A DNA stretch of 64,000 bases from a virus (lineage: Duplodnaviria; Heunggongvirae; Uroviricota; Caudoviricetes; Demerecviridae): IMG/VR virus record IMGVR_UViG_2974655256_000001, positions 20,530 to 84,529 of that record, one strand, 5' to 3'. The notes under the pieces were generated by a model. The model made no database searches. It saw only the letters and a list, made by a program, of their open reading frames with translations, and had not been told where the DNA came from. Shown piece after piece: positions 34,937 through 44,907 of the stretch (position 1 is its first letter; each line of letters opens with the position of its first letter). Made by a program: the position numbers and the translations under genes.

Positions 34937-35320
34937 ATACATTTTTAAATTGAGAGACTAGTAAACCGATAAACAGCCTAGAGGCGCCACAGGCCATATC
35001 TTATGAGCCATGTACCTTTGATCTAGGGTTTGAATCATCAACGAATACTTTGCATCTTTTAGCTTTAGAAGGTTAGAAGTTTGAGTGCTTTTAACTTTTC
35101 AGCTTTCATACTTGAGCGTTGATCTTTGAAGTTGTGTTGGTACTACCAACGACCTTTTGTTTTTACGTGTCAGATTAAATGTCTGATGTAATAAACATAA
35201 TCTCCAATAGATTATACTTTATAGTATGGTCAGCGGTCTTATTTAACCTCGTATTTCAACCGCTGCTGCGAGGTAAGATGCTTGGGCTTTCGTCTACCGA
35301 TTTACTAGTCTTTTAAATTA

Positions 35321-35959
35321 TTACTCTACTTCGATAAAAGTAGAGGCGTTGGACTCAGACAGAACAAAGTCAACGTTGGTTGCAAAGTCCTGGTATTCTT
35401 CGTCGTGTTGCTTGATCAGCTTTTCCAGCTCCAGCGGATCAATCAGGAACGGAGTGTTCTTGAGTTCCAGCAGGTTAAGCTGCATCTTAACTTCATCCTC
35501 GGAAGTCTTCTTGTCGCGGGTAGCCATGGTATCCTGCAAACGCTCATACTTGGCATCAAACTGAGCCTTCTGAGTGTTAAACTTAACAGTAGCAGCATGG
35601 AACTGCTTACGCATGTTAGCCAGCAACTGAGCTTTGAGTTCCATAGAACGCTTAGCTTCGATTGCTTCCGCAACAGTCATAGAGCGGGAACCGATCTCTA
35701 CAACAGTTTCAGCATTGCTCTTGATCAGCGCTGCTTTCAGATGATCACGCTGGGTCATCATATCCAGCAGAGACTGGAAATCAGTTTTAATACGAGTAGA
35801 CAGAGCATCTACTTCGATTGCAGCACCAACGACAACTTGATTCTTGTCTTTACCTTCACCAACAGCAATCAAAAGCTGTTGTTCAGTAGCTTTACGGATT
35901 TTAGCTTCCAGAGACTTGATAGTTGCCAGAGCACGAGTTTTAGAGATACGAGTAGTCAT
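35321..35959 (-). CDS. hypothetical protein (212 aa)
   Basis: ORF. Confidence 0.55.
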   Translation of the reverse strand: MTTRISKTRALATIKSLEAKIRKATEQQLLIAVGEGKDKNQVVVGAAIEVDALSTRIKTDFQSLLDMMTQRDHLKAALIKSNAETVVEIGSRSMTVAEAIEAKRSMELKAQLLANMRKQFHAATVKFNTQKAQFDAKYERLQDTMATRDKKTSEDEVKMQLNLLELKNTPFLIDPLELEKLIKQHDEEYQDFATNVDFVLSESNASTFIEVE

Positions 35960-36013
35960 TATTTGCTTCCTTATATGAAGTTTGAGATTTGAATTTGTTT
36001 TAAAAACGGTCTA

Positions 36014-36196
36014 TTACAGACCGATTGCGAGCAGAGTGCGCAGAACAGTATCAGAACTGTTATCAATATTCGGATTGGCGCGATTCAGTACGTTAAAGAT
36101 TTTCTGGATGCCGGACTGACGTTCAGCCATACGACGCAGACCCAGGTTACGTTTTGCTACTTTACCATTTTTACGGACGTTTTTAGATACTGGCAT
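36014..36196 (-). CDS. small basic protein (60 aa)
   Basis: ORF with promoter. Confidence 0.45.
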   Translation of the reverse strand: MPVSKNVRKNGKVAKRNLGLRRMAERQSGIQKIFNVLNRANPNIDNSSDTVLRTLLAIGL

Positions 36197-36236
36197 AATT
36201 GTTTTCCTTTTGTTGTTCTCTCAAATTTATGAATAT

Positions 36237-36265
36237 ATTATACAGAATTTTGGAGCTGAAAGCAA
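36237..36265 (-). promoter_or_regulatory. T5-type early promoter
   Basis: TTGCTT-17-TATAAT. Confidence 0.6.
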
Positions 36266-36266
36266 A

Positions 36267-36968
36267 TCAAATTTTGATTTTTTCGATCATGACGGCTACA
36301 CAATAACTTTCAACTAAAGCATCGAATGCTGGATCATGCTTCACAGGATAGATTCCATAACGAATGGTGTCCATCTTTTCCATTTTAGCTTTTGCCCAGC
36401 TAGCACCTTCGGCTTCTAGATCTTTATAGCTATAACCAGCTTGCATCCACTGATTACGGAAAGATCGAACGTTACCTAAGTTCCAGAATTTCCACGGAAC
36501 TATTTCTTCATGTGTTCCTGCATGGAACGTATTTGCAGAGTAGATTGTCATATCAAACTCTGGGCCATTGCCGTAATATAGAGCATTATCTCCTAGAGAC
36601 AATTCCATAATGTTCTGAGTCATAGAGAAGGCAGCATAATTAGAGCCTACGTCATTAGTGCAGTGATGCTTACCATCACGGAAGGCAATCAGTTTTGGAT
36701 TGCGACCGTTCAGAGCCTCCATAATATGGAGCGCAGATGGACTGTTTTTAGCTTGATCCATCCAGAAAGCTAGGGTAGACGCTGTAACTTTAGCACCCGC
36801 ATTAAGCTGATCTTGAACGTCTAGAGTAACGAATACCAGGTCAGGATCTTTATCAATTCCGTGCATCGCTACAAAAGCGAAAGAAGGCATTGAGATATGA
36901 GTAGTACCGCAATTTCCCGGAGTACCTAGAGATTCAATGTCCAGCATACCAAAGGGCTTGAATTTCAT
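36267..36968 (-). CDS. DEDDh 3'-5' exonuclease-like protein (233 aa)
   Basis: Exo I LDIESLG, Exo III HDPAFDA motifs. Confidence 0.55.
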   Translation of the reverse strand: MKFKPFGMLDIESLGTPGNCGTTHISMPSFAFVAMHGIDKDPDLVFVTLDVQDQLNAGAKVTASTLAFWMDQAKNSPSALHIMEALNGRNPKLIAFRDGKHHCTNDVGSNYAAFSMTQNIMELSLGDNALYYGNGPEFDMTIYSANTFHAGTHEEIVPWKFWNLGNVRSFRNQWMQAGYSYKDLEAEGASWAKAKMEKMDTIRYGIYPVKHDPAFDALVESYCVAVMIEKIKI

Positions 36969-36998
36969 AATTATGTCCTTTATTGTTGTAGAAAACTA

Positions 36999-37211
36999 TT
37001 AAAGAGCTGTCTCTTTAATAGACTCCCACTGTTTGGGGTCTTTCAGAGGAAGTTCCTCTTCTTCAAACAGGTCTGTTCCATTTTCGTTAACATCCCAGTT
37101 TTCTTCCATGATCTCTTCTAGAAGCTCATGTTTAGAAAGACGAGTGTAGTCTCTAGCAGATTTATGAGTGCTAGCACGGTTAAAATCATTCTTTGCAACG
37201 AAGTTACGCAT
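36999..37211 (-). CDS. hypothetical protein (70 aa)
   Basis: ORF. Confidence 0.45.
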   Translation of the reverse strand: MRNFVAKNDFNRASTHKSARDYTRLSKHELLEEIMEENWDVNENGTDLFEEEELPLKDPKQWESIKETAL

Positions 37212-37220
37212 AGTTTCTCC

Positions 37221-37245
37221 AAATAAGAGGGGCTTTCGCCCCCTG
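37221..37245 (-). terminator. hairpin terminator (GGGGCTTTCGCCCC)
   Basis: same stem sequence recurs at 37507. Confidence 0.5.
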
Positions 37246-37252
37246 ATTTAAA

Positions 37253-37468
37253 TTACTTGCCCAGCAGTTTAAGGATATTTTCCTTAATAGTTTGAGCAGA
37301 TTTTTCACTCTTATTGGTTTCAGCCAGTTTCAGAGCGAGTTCTTCTTGCTGTTTCTGAATATCAGCAGCAGTTTTCTGGTCAGCTTCAATACGAGCTTGA
37401 AGTTCATCAGTAATAGTGGTAAAGGAAGCAACGATTTCAGTAACGGAACGTGGTTTCTTAGAGAACAT
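37253..37468 (-). CDS. coiled-coil small protein (71 aa)
   Basis: ORF. Confidence 0.45.
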   Translation of the reverse strand: MFSKKPRSVTEIVASFTTITDELQARIEADQKTAADIQKQQEELALKLAETNKSEKSAQTIKENILKLLGK

Positions 37469-37499
37469 AAAAATATCCTTAATTAGTCGGAGAAAGAGT

Positions 37500-37523
37500 T
37501 AATATATGGGGCTTTCGCCCCAT
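37500..37523 (-). terminator. hairpin terminator (GGGGCTTTCGCCCC)
   Basis: stem identical to 37228-37243. Confidence 0.45.
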
Positions 37524-37529
37524 CAATCA

Positions 37530-38045
37530 TTACTTCGCTTTACGCTTACGAGCAGGTTTAGCGGATTTACGATCAGAAGCACCAGTAAACTTAATACCGA
37601 TACCATAGCACAGAGCGCGAACGTTGTCACGGCTGTACTCTACACCGAAGATATTCGGTTTAACGGAGCCAAACTGTCCACGCGATTCACGCATTACGTC
37701 AGCCATTGGCTTACGCTTCTGATTGACTGCTTTTTCGTAGTCTTTCAGAGCCATACCGTTGCGGGCGAACATCTCAGCACCGCCGTTAAAGCTCAGAGTT
37801 ACCGGTACAGACTTATGACCTTCACCCTTGATGAACACAACCTGCTTAGCAGTTGCGCGAGTAGAGTTCTTGGCCTTCGGCTTCTGGCGAACCGGAGCCG
37901 GAGACTTCAGGGCAGTCTGAGCCTGAGCATCAGTAGGATGCTTACGCAGATGACGTTCCAGACGAGCCTTACGATTGGCTTCGGTCTGAGTGAAAGTTTT
38001 AACTGCCGGAGCTGCCTGAGTTTTTGCGTTTTTCTGCTTAGCCAT
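37530..38045 (-). CDS. highly basic Lys/Ala/Pro-rich protein (171 aa)
   Basis: ORF with promoter. Confidence 0.55.
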   Translation of the reverse strand: MAKQKNAKTQAAPAVKTFTQTEANRKARLERHLRKHPTDAQAQTALKSPAPVRQKPKAKNSTRATAKQVVFIKGEGHKSVPVTLSFNGGAEMFARNGMALKDYEKAVNQKRKPMADVMRESRGQFGSVKPNIFGVEYSRDNVRALCYGIGIKFTGASDRKSAKPARKRKAK

Positions 38046-38083
38046 TATTTGTTTTCCTTTTTGTTGATCAATTTATGAGATAT

Positions 38084-38112
38084 ATTATACGAAATTTTGA
38101 AGCGTTTAGCAA
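38084..38112 (-). promoter_or_regulatory. T5-type early promoter
   Basis: TTGCTA-17-TATAAT. Confidence 0.6.
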
Positions 38113-38128
38113 ATGAATTTTTTAAAAA

Positions 38129-38407
38129 TTATCTGCCGATCATCTTAGCTTGTTCCTCACTGGAAACGTACTGATAACCACCCTTGTTATATGCAGGAGC
38201 AGTACACAGTTTCTTGCGCTCAATTTCTTCTTGAGCTTTGCGTTCCCTTTCGGCTAATTCTTCATCTAGGTAAACTAGACGTTGCTCCGGAGGTGGTGGA
38301 AGCCTAGTTTCTGGCTCACCAATATTTGCCTTTCTGATCTGACGCGGAGATTGTGCGCGTTTTCTCAAAGGTTTAAATCCTAATGAATTTGAGTTGTAAA
38401 TTCGCAT
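38129..38407 (-). CDS. hypothetical protein (92 aa)
   Basis: ORF with promoter. Confidence 0.5.
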   Translation of the reverse strand: MRIYNSNSLGFKPLRKRAQSPRQIRKANIGEPETRLPPPPEQRLVYLDEELAERERKAQEEIERKKLCTAPAYNKGGYQYVSSEEQAKMIGR

Positions 38408-38434
38408 AAAGCCCTCCTCACTTTCAATACGAAT

Positions 38435-38463
38435 ATTATACTAAATTCGAGGGCTTTAAGCAA
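38435..38463 (-). promoter_or_regulatory. T5-type early promoter
   Basis: TTGCTT-17-TATAAT. Confidence 0.6.
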
Positions 38464-38483
38464 GTGAATTTTTAATTTATTTA

Positions 38484-38960
38484 TTACATCTCAGCAAGTT
38501 CTTGCTCAGTAATTACAGTATTGCACAGAGCATCAACTTCTTCATTACCACGAATACCTGAGTGACCTTTGACCTTAACAAAGGTTGGGTTAGTATCATG
38601 GAAATTAATATACTGTTGAGTTAGTTTAAACGCTTCTTGCCAGAGTTCTAGATTGAGAGGGGTTTCACCATCTCCCTTCTTCCAGCCTTTCTTCTGCCAA
38701 GACCACATCCAGCTTTCCATACCATTTTTACAGTAAGCAGAATCAGTATAGATAATTACTGGACGGTTATCTTTCTTAGTAGACCAACGAAGAACTTCTA
38801 CAATTGCAGTGAGTTCCATTTCATTGTTAGTAGTTTTAGGACTGAAGCCAGATTTAGAGCCAATACGATCATCATTATCATTATAGACAACGAATCCCCA
38901 CGCACCTAAACCAGGATTACCCTTACATGCACCATCTGTATATATGTGGAAAACCGACAT
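38484..38960 (-). CDS. rnhA: ribonuclease H (RNase HI) (158 aa)
   Basis: YTDGAC..GNPG, TDSAY, GHSG..NEEVD motifs; GGAG RBS for ATG at 38960. Confidence 0.8.
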   Translation of the reverse strand: MSVFHIYTDGACKGNPGLGAWGFVVYNDNDDRIGSKSGFSPKTTNNEMELTAIVEVLRWSTKKDNRPVIIYTDSAYCKNGMESWMWSWQKKGWKKGDGETPLNLELWQEAFKLTQQYINFHDTNPTFVKVKGHSGIRGNEEVDALCNTVITEQELAEM

Positions 38961-39229
38961 TATTTGCTCCAATCAATTTCAAGCCAAAAACCTTCACGCT
39001 GTTCATACTTAGCTTCCACAACATAACCTAGTTTGCTAAGTTTTTGCATGACGCTATTTCTAGCATTTTCTGAATATTCAGTCAATCCCTGGATGTGACA
39101 GTTAAATTCTTTATCTTTGATGGCTTTGTCAATCTCTACGGCAATAAGTGACTCTAAGTCAATTACTTCCTTTTTAATACTAGCAATAGTATTTTGTTTT
39201 GCTTCTAAAGCAGATAAAAGAATAGACAT
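38960..39229 (-). CDS. hypothetical protein (89 aa)
   Basis: ORF. Confidence 0.5.
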   Translation of the reverse strand: MSILLSALEAKQNTIASIKKEVIDLESLIAVEIDKAIKDKEFNCHIQGLTEYSENARNSVMQKLSKLGYVVEAKYEQREGFWLEIDWSK

Positions 39230-39525
39230 TATTTTTCACCTTCTATAATGACCCTAGTCGCTGGTGGAACTGGCGGCATAGGTGGGATACGTGGATGACC
39301 TCTCTGTGCATCATTTGGTGCTCTTGGCGGTTCAGGTCTAATTGCCCTTAATTCCTTTTCTAGGAATTGTTCTAACGCCCGTTCTATGAAATGATCGAAA
39401 GGTAAATGGTAATACTGAGACAGAGCTAAGAACCTGCGTTCTTGACTTTGTGTTAAATAAACTTTCTTTTTAAAGAATCCCATAAGTGTCTCCAATTTAT
39501 AAAATATATTATATTTGAATTTCAC
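39229..39525 (-). CDS. hypothetical protein, Pro-rich C-terminus (98 aa)
   Basis: ORF with promoter. Confidence 0.5.
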   Translation of the reverse strand: MKFKYNIFYKLETLMGFFKKKVYLTQSQERRFLALSQYYHLPFDHFIERALEQFLEKELRAIRPEPPRAPNDAQRGHPRIPPMPPVPPATRVIIEGEK

Positions 39526-39536
39526 TCAGTAAGCAA
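39508..39536 (-). promoter_or_regulatory. T5-type early promoter
   Basis: TTGCTT-17-TATAAT. Confidence 0.6.
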
Positions 39537-39575
39537 ATGAAATTTAAATATAATAGCCCCGAAGGGCTATTTGAA

Positions 39576-40430
39576 TTAGACTGTGAATGGGTATGCAATA
39601 GCAGGATGGTGTTCATAGCCACGAACAGTAAAATCATCCTTATTTACCCACGTTAATACATCATCCAAAGTTTGGATATTTGGATTGATTTCTAAAGTAG
39701 GAGATGCAAAAGGTTCACGATCGAATTGCTTGTGTTCCATCAGAACATTATACTGATCTTCATAGATATGAAGATTGATAATCTTTTGACGAGCAATACC
39801 TGGCTTAAGACCTGTAATCTGTGCCATAATAGCTAGAAGTGCATAGCATTGCACCATATTAAATACTTGGCCCAGCAAGAAATCATTAGACCTCTGGAAA
39901 GAGTTTAGGTATAGTGTATCACCTAAAATAGAGAATTGATGGGTATGCATACACGGACGTAGGCATCCTTTACGAAATTCCCCAGGGTTCCAAAAAGTTA
40001 AAATTTCTCCACGATCGTCAATCCCTCTTTTCAAATTATGATAGACTTTGGCTAACTGATCAAATACCATACCATCAGAATTAGTCCAATGACGTCCTTG
40101 AACACCATAGACTCGTCCCATATCATCCTCGCCTTTACGGAATGGATTACCTAGCCAGGCAATATTTTCATTTGCATTAGCATTCCATGTATTAACACCA
40201 ATAGCGCGGAATTGTGCTGCTGAGTCGTACCCACGGAGATATCCGATCATTTCCATTATTGCTTGTTTAGCAAATGCTTTACGAGTAGTTACTAGCGGCA
40301 GTTCTCCTGCTCCTACGTTAAAGGTAAAGTCTGCATCAATAATGGTTAGGCAACGAACCCCTGTTCTAGGATTCGTTACCCATACACCCTCTTCAAGAAT
40401 ACGTTTTCCAGTTTCAATATATTGCTTCAT
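39576..40430 (-). CDS. thyA: thymidylate synthase (284 aa)
   Basis: ThyA fold motifs including active-site PCH region; length typical. Confidence 0.8.
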   Translation of the reverse strand: MKQYIETGKRILEEGVWVTNPRTGVRCLTIIDADFTFNVGAGELPLVTTRKAFAKQAIMEMIGYLRGYDSAAQFRAIGVNTWNANANENIAWLGNPFRKGEDDMGRVYGVQGRHWTNSDGMVFDQLAKVYHNLKRGIDDRGEILTFWNPGEFRKGCLRPCMHTHQFSILGDTLYLNSFQRSNDFLLGQVFNMVQCYALLAIMAQITGLKPGIARQKIINLHIYEDQYNVLMEHKQFDREPFASPTLEINPNIQTLDDVLTWVNKDDFTVRGYEHHPAIAYPFTV

Positions 40431-40957
40431 TTAAATATCACCAATTCTTGTAAGAATGAAAGCGTTTTATCTGCATTCTGTCCTGCCACATAGTCCATTC
40501 TAGTTGCCATTGAATTAGTTAAAGTAATATGATGATGCAGATGTACATCAGCGGATAATGGTGTGGCTGAAGTAATAGTAGAGATATACGCCATATCTAG
40601 ATGATTTTTGACATACATTTCAAGAAGCAGAGTTGCTCCCCCTAATACTACAGTTACCTCTTCCTTGAGAAAATCAGGCAGACGGTATCCAATGTTGCTT
40701 ATGCGTGTAGCTGATCCTACAGAGTTAGGTAGTGGTCTATTTGCATAAATAAATAGGTCAGAATCTCCTAGTATTCTTTTTTGCAGAGTCTCAGGGAAGG
40801 CTAACCAAGTTCCTGCTCCTACAATAATATTATCAGGTGCTAGAGAATCCAATGTAGCATAGAAGATATCTAGTTCTTCTTTGAAAGAACCCCAGGGGAG
40901 CTTACCATTGAGGCCGAACTCCCCATTCGGCCCAGTTGCATAGATTGCTGCTATCAT
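40427..40957 (-). CDS. frd: dihydrofolate reductase (176 aa)
   Basis: N-terminal IAAI..NGxLPW and GG nucleotide motif; coupled to thyA. Confidence 0.75.
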   Translation of the reverse strand: MIAAIYATGPNGEFGLNGKLPWGSFKEELDIFYATLDSLAPDNIIVGAGTWLAFPETLQKRILGDSDLFIYANRPLPNSVGSATRISNIGYRLPDFLKEEVTVVLGGATLLLEMYVKNHLDMAYISTITSATPLSADVHLHHHITLTNSMATRMDYVAGQNADKTLSFLQELVIFK

Positions 40958-42102
40958 TAGAACATATCCTCAAATTCGTTGCCAAGATCTTTCAGAGTAT
41001 CAGCAGAGGTTTCAGTTACTTGACCTACACGGTACGCTGCACCAATCTGAATCTCTTGTGGAGCAGGTTGTAAAGATGTAGTATCCAACCAGTTCATAAT
41101 CCACGGAATAGGGTTCTTAGTAATTACAGGTAAGTGGCTTGGCCATTCTACACCAATGTGCATAAATGCGTTACGTCCTACAAAGTAAAGGTATTCTTCA
41201 AGCAATTCTGCGTTCAAACCAATCAGACTGCGGCCTTTAAAGATAAAGTGGCCCCATTCAATCTCAGTTTTCAGAGTTTTTAGGAGTTGTGCTGGTGCTT
41301 TAGCTAATGCTTCGTCTACCAGATCTTTATCAAACTGCTGGAACATAATCTGGATGATAGCTTTAGACATTTGAGTATGTAGAGCTTCATCTTTAGCGAT
41401 TAATTGCAGGTTCTTAGCAATACCTTGCAGAATATCGTTCTCTGCTAGAGCAAAGGTACATGCAAAAGATGCGTAGAACTGCATTGCTTCCAGACCGTAG
41501 ATTGCAAAGTAAGCATCTAACAGCTTAGCCTGAGTTTCACGTTTGACTTCTGGGAACTCAGTTTCTGGATAAGTATTATCACCCTGATGATCTCGTACTG
41601 CGAGGAAATACTGGCCTAACAGATACAGTTCATCAAACAATTCAACAGAATCTGCAATACGTGCAAATGCTTCTTGGTTTTTAGTTACAGAATCAATAAA
41701 TTCTGCGGGGTCAGTCAGCACGTTACGAATAATATTGCTATAGGCGCGGCTATGCAGATCTTCGAAGTAGCTCCACTGCTTGAGCATACCTTCCAGTTCA
41801 GGACGGCTTACAAGCGGCATAATAGCTGCTTCAGGCGCACGACTAATAAAGGAGTCTGTCTGTGTCTGCCATGCTAAGTTCAGGAGAGTAATTTCCTGAA
41901 TATCACGCGGAAGGTTTGGCCATTGTTTCTTATCGGCTTCCAGACTGATTTCAGTTTCAGTCCAAAATTGAGAACGTTGCAGAAGTGCTAGACGCTCAAG
42001 TTCAGGATGTGCTACACGAACGTAATCTGCGATACCAAGAGAATCGCCCAGGAAAAGGTCAGCGTTAGTATGATCCCAATTCAGGTTTAGTAAAGTAGTC
42101 AT
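40957..42102 (-). CDS. nrdB: ribonucleotide reductase class Ia beta subunit (381 aa)
   Basis: di-iron/tyrosyl radical protein pattern; adjacent to nrdA. Confidence 0.85.
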   Translation of the reverse strand: MTTLLNLNWDHTNADLFLGDSLGIADYVRVAHPELERLALLQRSQFWTETEISLEADKKQWPNLPRDIQEITLLNLAWQTQTDSFISRAPEAAIMPLVSRPELEGMLKQWSYFEDLHSRAYSNIIRNVLTDPAEFIDSVTKNQEAFARIADSVELFDELYLLGQYFLAVRDHQGDNTYPETEFPEVKRETQAKLLDAYFAIYGLEAMQFYASFACTFALAENDILQGIAKNLQLIAKDEALHTQMSKAIIQIMFQQFDKDLVDEALAKAPAQLLKTLKTEIEWGHFIFKGRSLIGLNAELLEEYLYFVGRNAFMHIGVEWPSHLPVITKNPIPWIMNWLDTTSLQPAPQEIQIGAAYRVGQVTETSADTLKDLGNEFEDMF

Positions 42103-42132
42103 TGATTTTCCTCTTTCTCACTATTTCAGGAA

Positions 42133-42161
42133 TATTATAGCAAATCTGGTAGCGATTAGCA
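42133..42161 (-). promoter_or_regulatory. T5-type early promoter for nrdB
   Basis: TTGCTA-17-TATAAT. Confidence 0.6.
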
Positions 42162-42209
42162 AGTAAAATTTCAAAGAAAAAAGGAGACCCGAAGATCTCC
42201 TTGTTTTTA

Positions 42210-44540
42210 TTATAGGTTACAACCACCTGATGCACAACCTGCTGCTTCTTCACCAGCTCCACCACCATTTTCAGTGTTGAAGTTAGCGTAGTACCAAGTT
42301 TTCCAACCGTACTTAACAGCAGTCATAAAGTCACGAACTACTACTGGGCCGGGAATGATTTCATTCTCGAACTTGGTGTAGTCATAGTACATATTCGTAC
42401 TGATAGACTGGCTGAAGAATTTCTGCATGGTTGCTACCCATTTGATCCACTCGATACGATCTACATCATAAGCCAGTTTATAGCTCATTAATGTATCCCA
42501 ATCAGTTGCACCTGGAGCAATTGCAATTACTTTATTCACTGCACTACCCTTGATAGATACGATCTTACGGGGCGGTTCGATAGAGTTAGTAACACCTAGC
42601 AGTACAGAGGAACTTTCACCTGGCATCTGAGCAGTCAGAACAGAGTTGCGCATACCATATTTCAGAATATCTGCACGCAGAGATTCCCAATCCATTTCTA
42701 GACCTACAGTTACCAGTTCATCAACAGTTTTCTTGTACGTGTCGATTACCAGAGTTCCTTGCGAAGGCTTAGTACGATTAAACCAGTCACATGCACCTTG
42801 TTCTTTAGCCAGACGTACAGAGGCTTTATGTAGGAAGTAGGACAGCTTTTCAGCTTCACGGTGAATCCAGTTACGGGCTTCAACACCTTCGTAAGCCAAA
42901 CCTTCTGCTGCCATTGCACCTGCTGCGTTCATCAGACCAATACCAACGTTACGACGTTTCTTAGCCGTGTACTCCATAGTTGGGAATGGGTAATCCTGAA
43001 TCTCGATGATTGTATCAACGAATTTCAGAAGAATGTAGCAAGTTTTCTCCCATTCAGCCAGAGATTCCATACGACCTAGTACAACACCACCTAAGTTACA
43101 CAGAGATACTTCACCAATATCTTCTGGACGCATATCGTCTAACTGATCTTGGGTCTTATACAGCTCCGTAATGTGATGGAATGGACGGGTTGGCTGAGTA
43201 ATTTCAACACAAAGGTTGGTCATACGAATCGGGTCAAGGAAGTTACCATGACGGTTAGATTCACCAATGTGATGAGCATACATACGCCCTGTTTCCATAC
43301 GGATACGTAACCAAGTATCTAGGATTTCTTTTGCAGAGATTCTAGGAGCTGCTGGAATTGTTTTTCCTTCGTGGTCGATCTTTGTAAGAGAAGCCACACG
43401 TTTCTCCGCTGCCACGTAGATTTCTTCAAACTTAGCCTCATCTTCGCCATAAAACGCTTCATGAACTTCTGGTGCGTAGAAGTAGGACATTAGCGTAATA
43501 TCTTCGTTTTTCAGGTAACGTTTTAATAGAAGGTTGTTAAAGCTCAGAGAGTAATCCATCTTATCGATTTTATTCTCGTCTGTAGCACGTTGCTGCTTAA
43601 CCTGCATCAACTGAATGATTTCAGGATCGAAGTATGGATAAGACACAGTAGCAGAACCGCCACGGGTTTGCTGAGTGTTAGCTTTTACTGATCGGTCAAT
43701 GTGTCGATAATATGGCAGTTTTCCGGAATGCGGGAATGCCCCATTTCGCACCGGATCAGCAATTGATCGGCTTTCAAGATGATACCCGATTCCCGCTCTG
43801 GCTGCGACCATTTTGAAGACGATGTGCTCGGCTGTGTCGATTGAATCCAGCGTGTCAGTGGAATCCACGAGACAGCAACTAGCAAATCCACGGTCACTAG
43901 AGCGCAGGCCAACCAGTGGCGGCGTAGGAACGTTGATTTTGTGGAGCGACATTGCATTGTAGAGGTCGATTGCATCTAGGATTGTCCAGTTAGGTTGAGA
44001 TAACATCGCCATTGCCATACCCATGTAGGCAAACTGCGGGGTTTCATAAATTTCACCAGTTGCAATATTACGACGGGAATACTTGTCGAAGAACTGTTTC
44101 AGTCCACCACTGGTGAATAAACGATCGCGATCATGATCAATAACTTGATTCAGAGCATCAAACTGATCATCGCTAATCCATGCACTCATGTCTTCCCAGG
44201 CGCCAACACGAACCATATGATCGTGGAAGAAACGCAGAGAAGGAGGTTCAAAGGAATCATATAGGCGTTTACGCATCTGCGCAAGACGTAATTCCTTTGC
44301 TACAGTATCATACGCTGGGTTGTCTTTGATAAGACCTTCAGCGGCTTTAATTAACACATCTTGGAGTGTATCGGAGTCTACAACACCTTTGGGTAGATTT
44401 TTCAGGGCAGCCATAACTACGGCAGACCAACTTACGTCAGTATCTTTACATGCCCATGCAGCCCAATCATTGAGTTTTTCAGGAGCAAAGTCCTGAACAG
44501 TACCGTCACGTTTAATTACTTTTTCGATACGATGGCTCAT
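42210..44540 (-). CDS. nrdA: ribonucleotide reductase class Ia alpha subunit (776 aa from second ATG)
   Basis: ATP-cone VIKRDG, catalytic Cys/ PxxCNL-like regions; AAGGAAAG RBS before ATG at 44540. Confidence 0.85.
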   Translation of the reverse strand: MSHRIEKVIKRDGTVQDFAPEKLNDWAAWACKDTDVSWSAVVMAALKNLPKGVVDSDTLQDVLIKAAEGLIKDNPAYDTVAKELRLAQMRKRLYDSFEPPSLRFFHDHMVRVGAWEDMSAWISDDQFDALNQVIDHDRDRLFTSGGLKQFFDKYSRRNIATGEIYETPQFAYMGMAMAMLSQPNWTILDAIDLYNAMSLHKINVPTPPLVGLRSSDRGFASCCLVDSTDTLDSIDTAEHIVFKMVAARAGIGYHLESRSIADPVRNGAFPHSGKLPYYRHIDRSVKANTQQTRGGSATVSYPYFDPEIIQLMQVKQQRATDENKIDKMDYSLSFNNLLLKRYLKNEDITLMSYFYAPEVHEAFYGEDEAKFEEIYVAAEKRVASLTKIDHEGKTIPAAPRISAKEILDTWLRIRMETGRMYAHHIGESNRHGNFLDPIRMTNLCVEITQPTRPFHHITELYKTQDQLDDMRPEDIGEVSLCNLGGVVLGRMESLAEWEKTCYILLKFVDTIIEIQDYPFPTMEYTAKKRRNVGIGLMNAAGAMAAEGLAYEGVEARNWIHREAEKLSYFLHKASVRLAKEQGACDWFNRTKPSQGTLVIDTYKKTVDELVTVGLEMDWESLRADILKYGMRNSVLTAQMPGESSSVLLGVTNSIEPPRKIVSIKGSAVNKVIAIAPGATDWDTLMSYKLAYDVDRIEWIKWVATMQKFFSQSISTNMYYDYTKFENEIIPGPVVVRDFMTAVKYGWKTWYYANFNTENGGGAGEEAAGCASGGCNL

Positions 44541-44620
44541 TTGGCTTTCCTTTTTGTAGTTATCAGGATTTAGGAGATATTCTACTTTGTTTTGAGTCAT
44601 TTTGCAAGTACAATTTTACA

Positions 44621-44656
44621 GATAAAAAGAGCCCGGATATTTTCATACCCAGGCTC
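44621..44656 (-). terminator. rho-independent terminator
   Basis: GAGCCCGG...CCAGGCTC stem, U-run on minus. Confidence 0.45.
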
Positions 44657-44663
44657 GTCTGTC

Positions 44664-44906
44664 TTACCATTTAAGTTTATCGGTCATATCAGTTAGTTTC
44701 TGTCGTATTTCCTTAGCCATAAGAATGTCTATAGAAGTACTCAGTTCATTATAGTTGAAAGGCCGATTTGGATTAGAGGCTACAATTTTCCACGCTAGGG
44801 TAGTCTTAGGACTTTCTTCCCCTTCCTTACGTGTAATCATATTAGCAGCACTCAATGAAGTACGGTGGATCTTAGTTTTGCGGTGCAGATGTACGACGTT
44901 TCCCAT
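44664..44906 (-). CDS. hypothetical protein (80 aa)
   Basis: ORF coupled to phoH. Confidence 0.5.
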   Translation of the reverse strand: MGNVVHLHRKTKIHRTSLSAANMITRKEGEESPKTTLAWKIVASNPNRPFNYNELSTSIDILMAKEIRQKLTDMTDKLKW

Positions 44907-44907
44907 A

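Noticed and set aside
43685-43975. Antisense and embedded ORFs inside nrdA, nrdD, helicase and other genes (e.g. 42646-43079, 46897-47109, 52782-53042, 53342-53563)
   Set aside because: Fully nested in well-supported genes on the other strand or frame.
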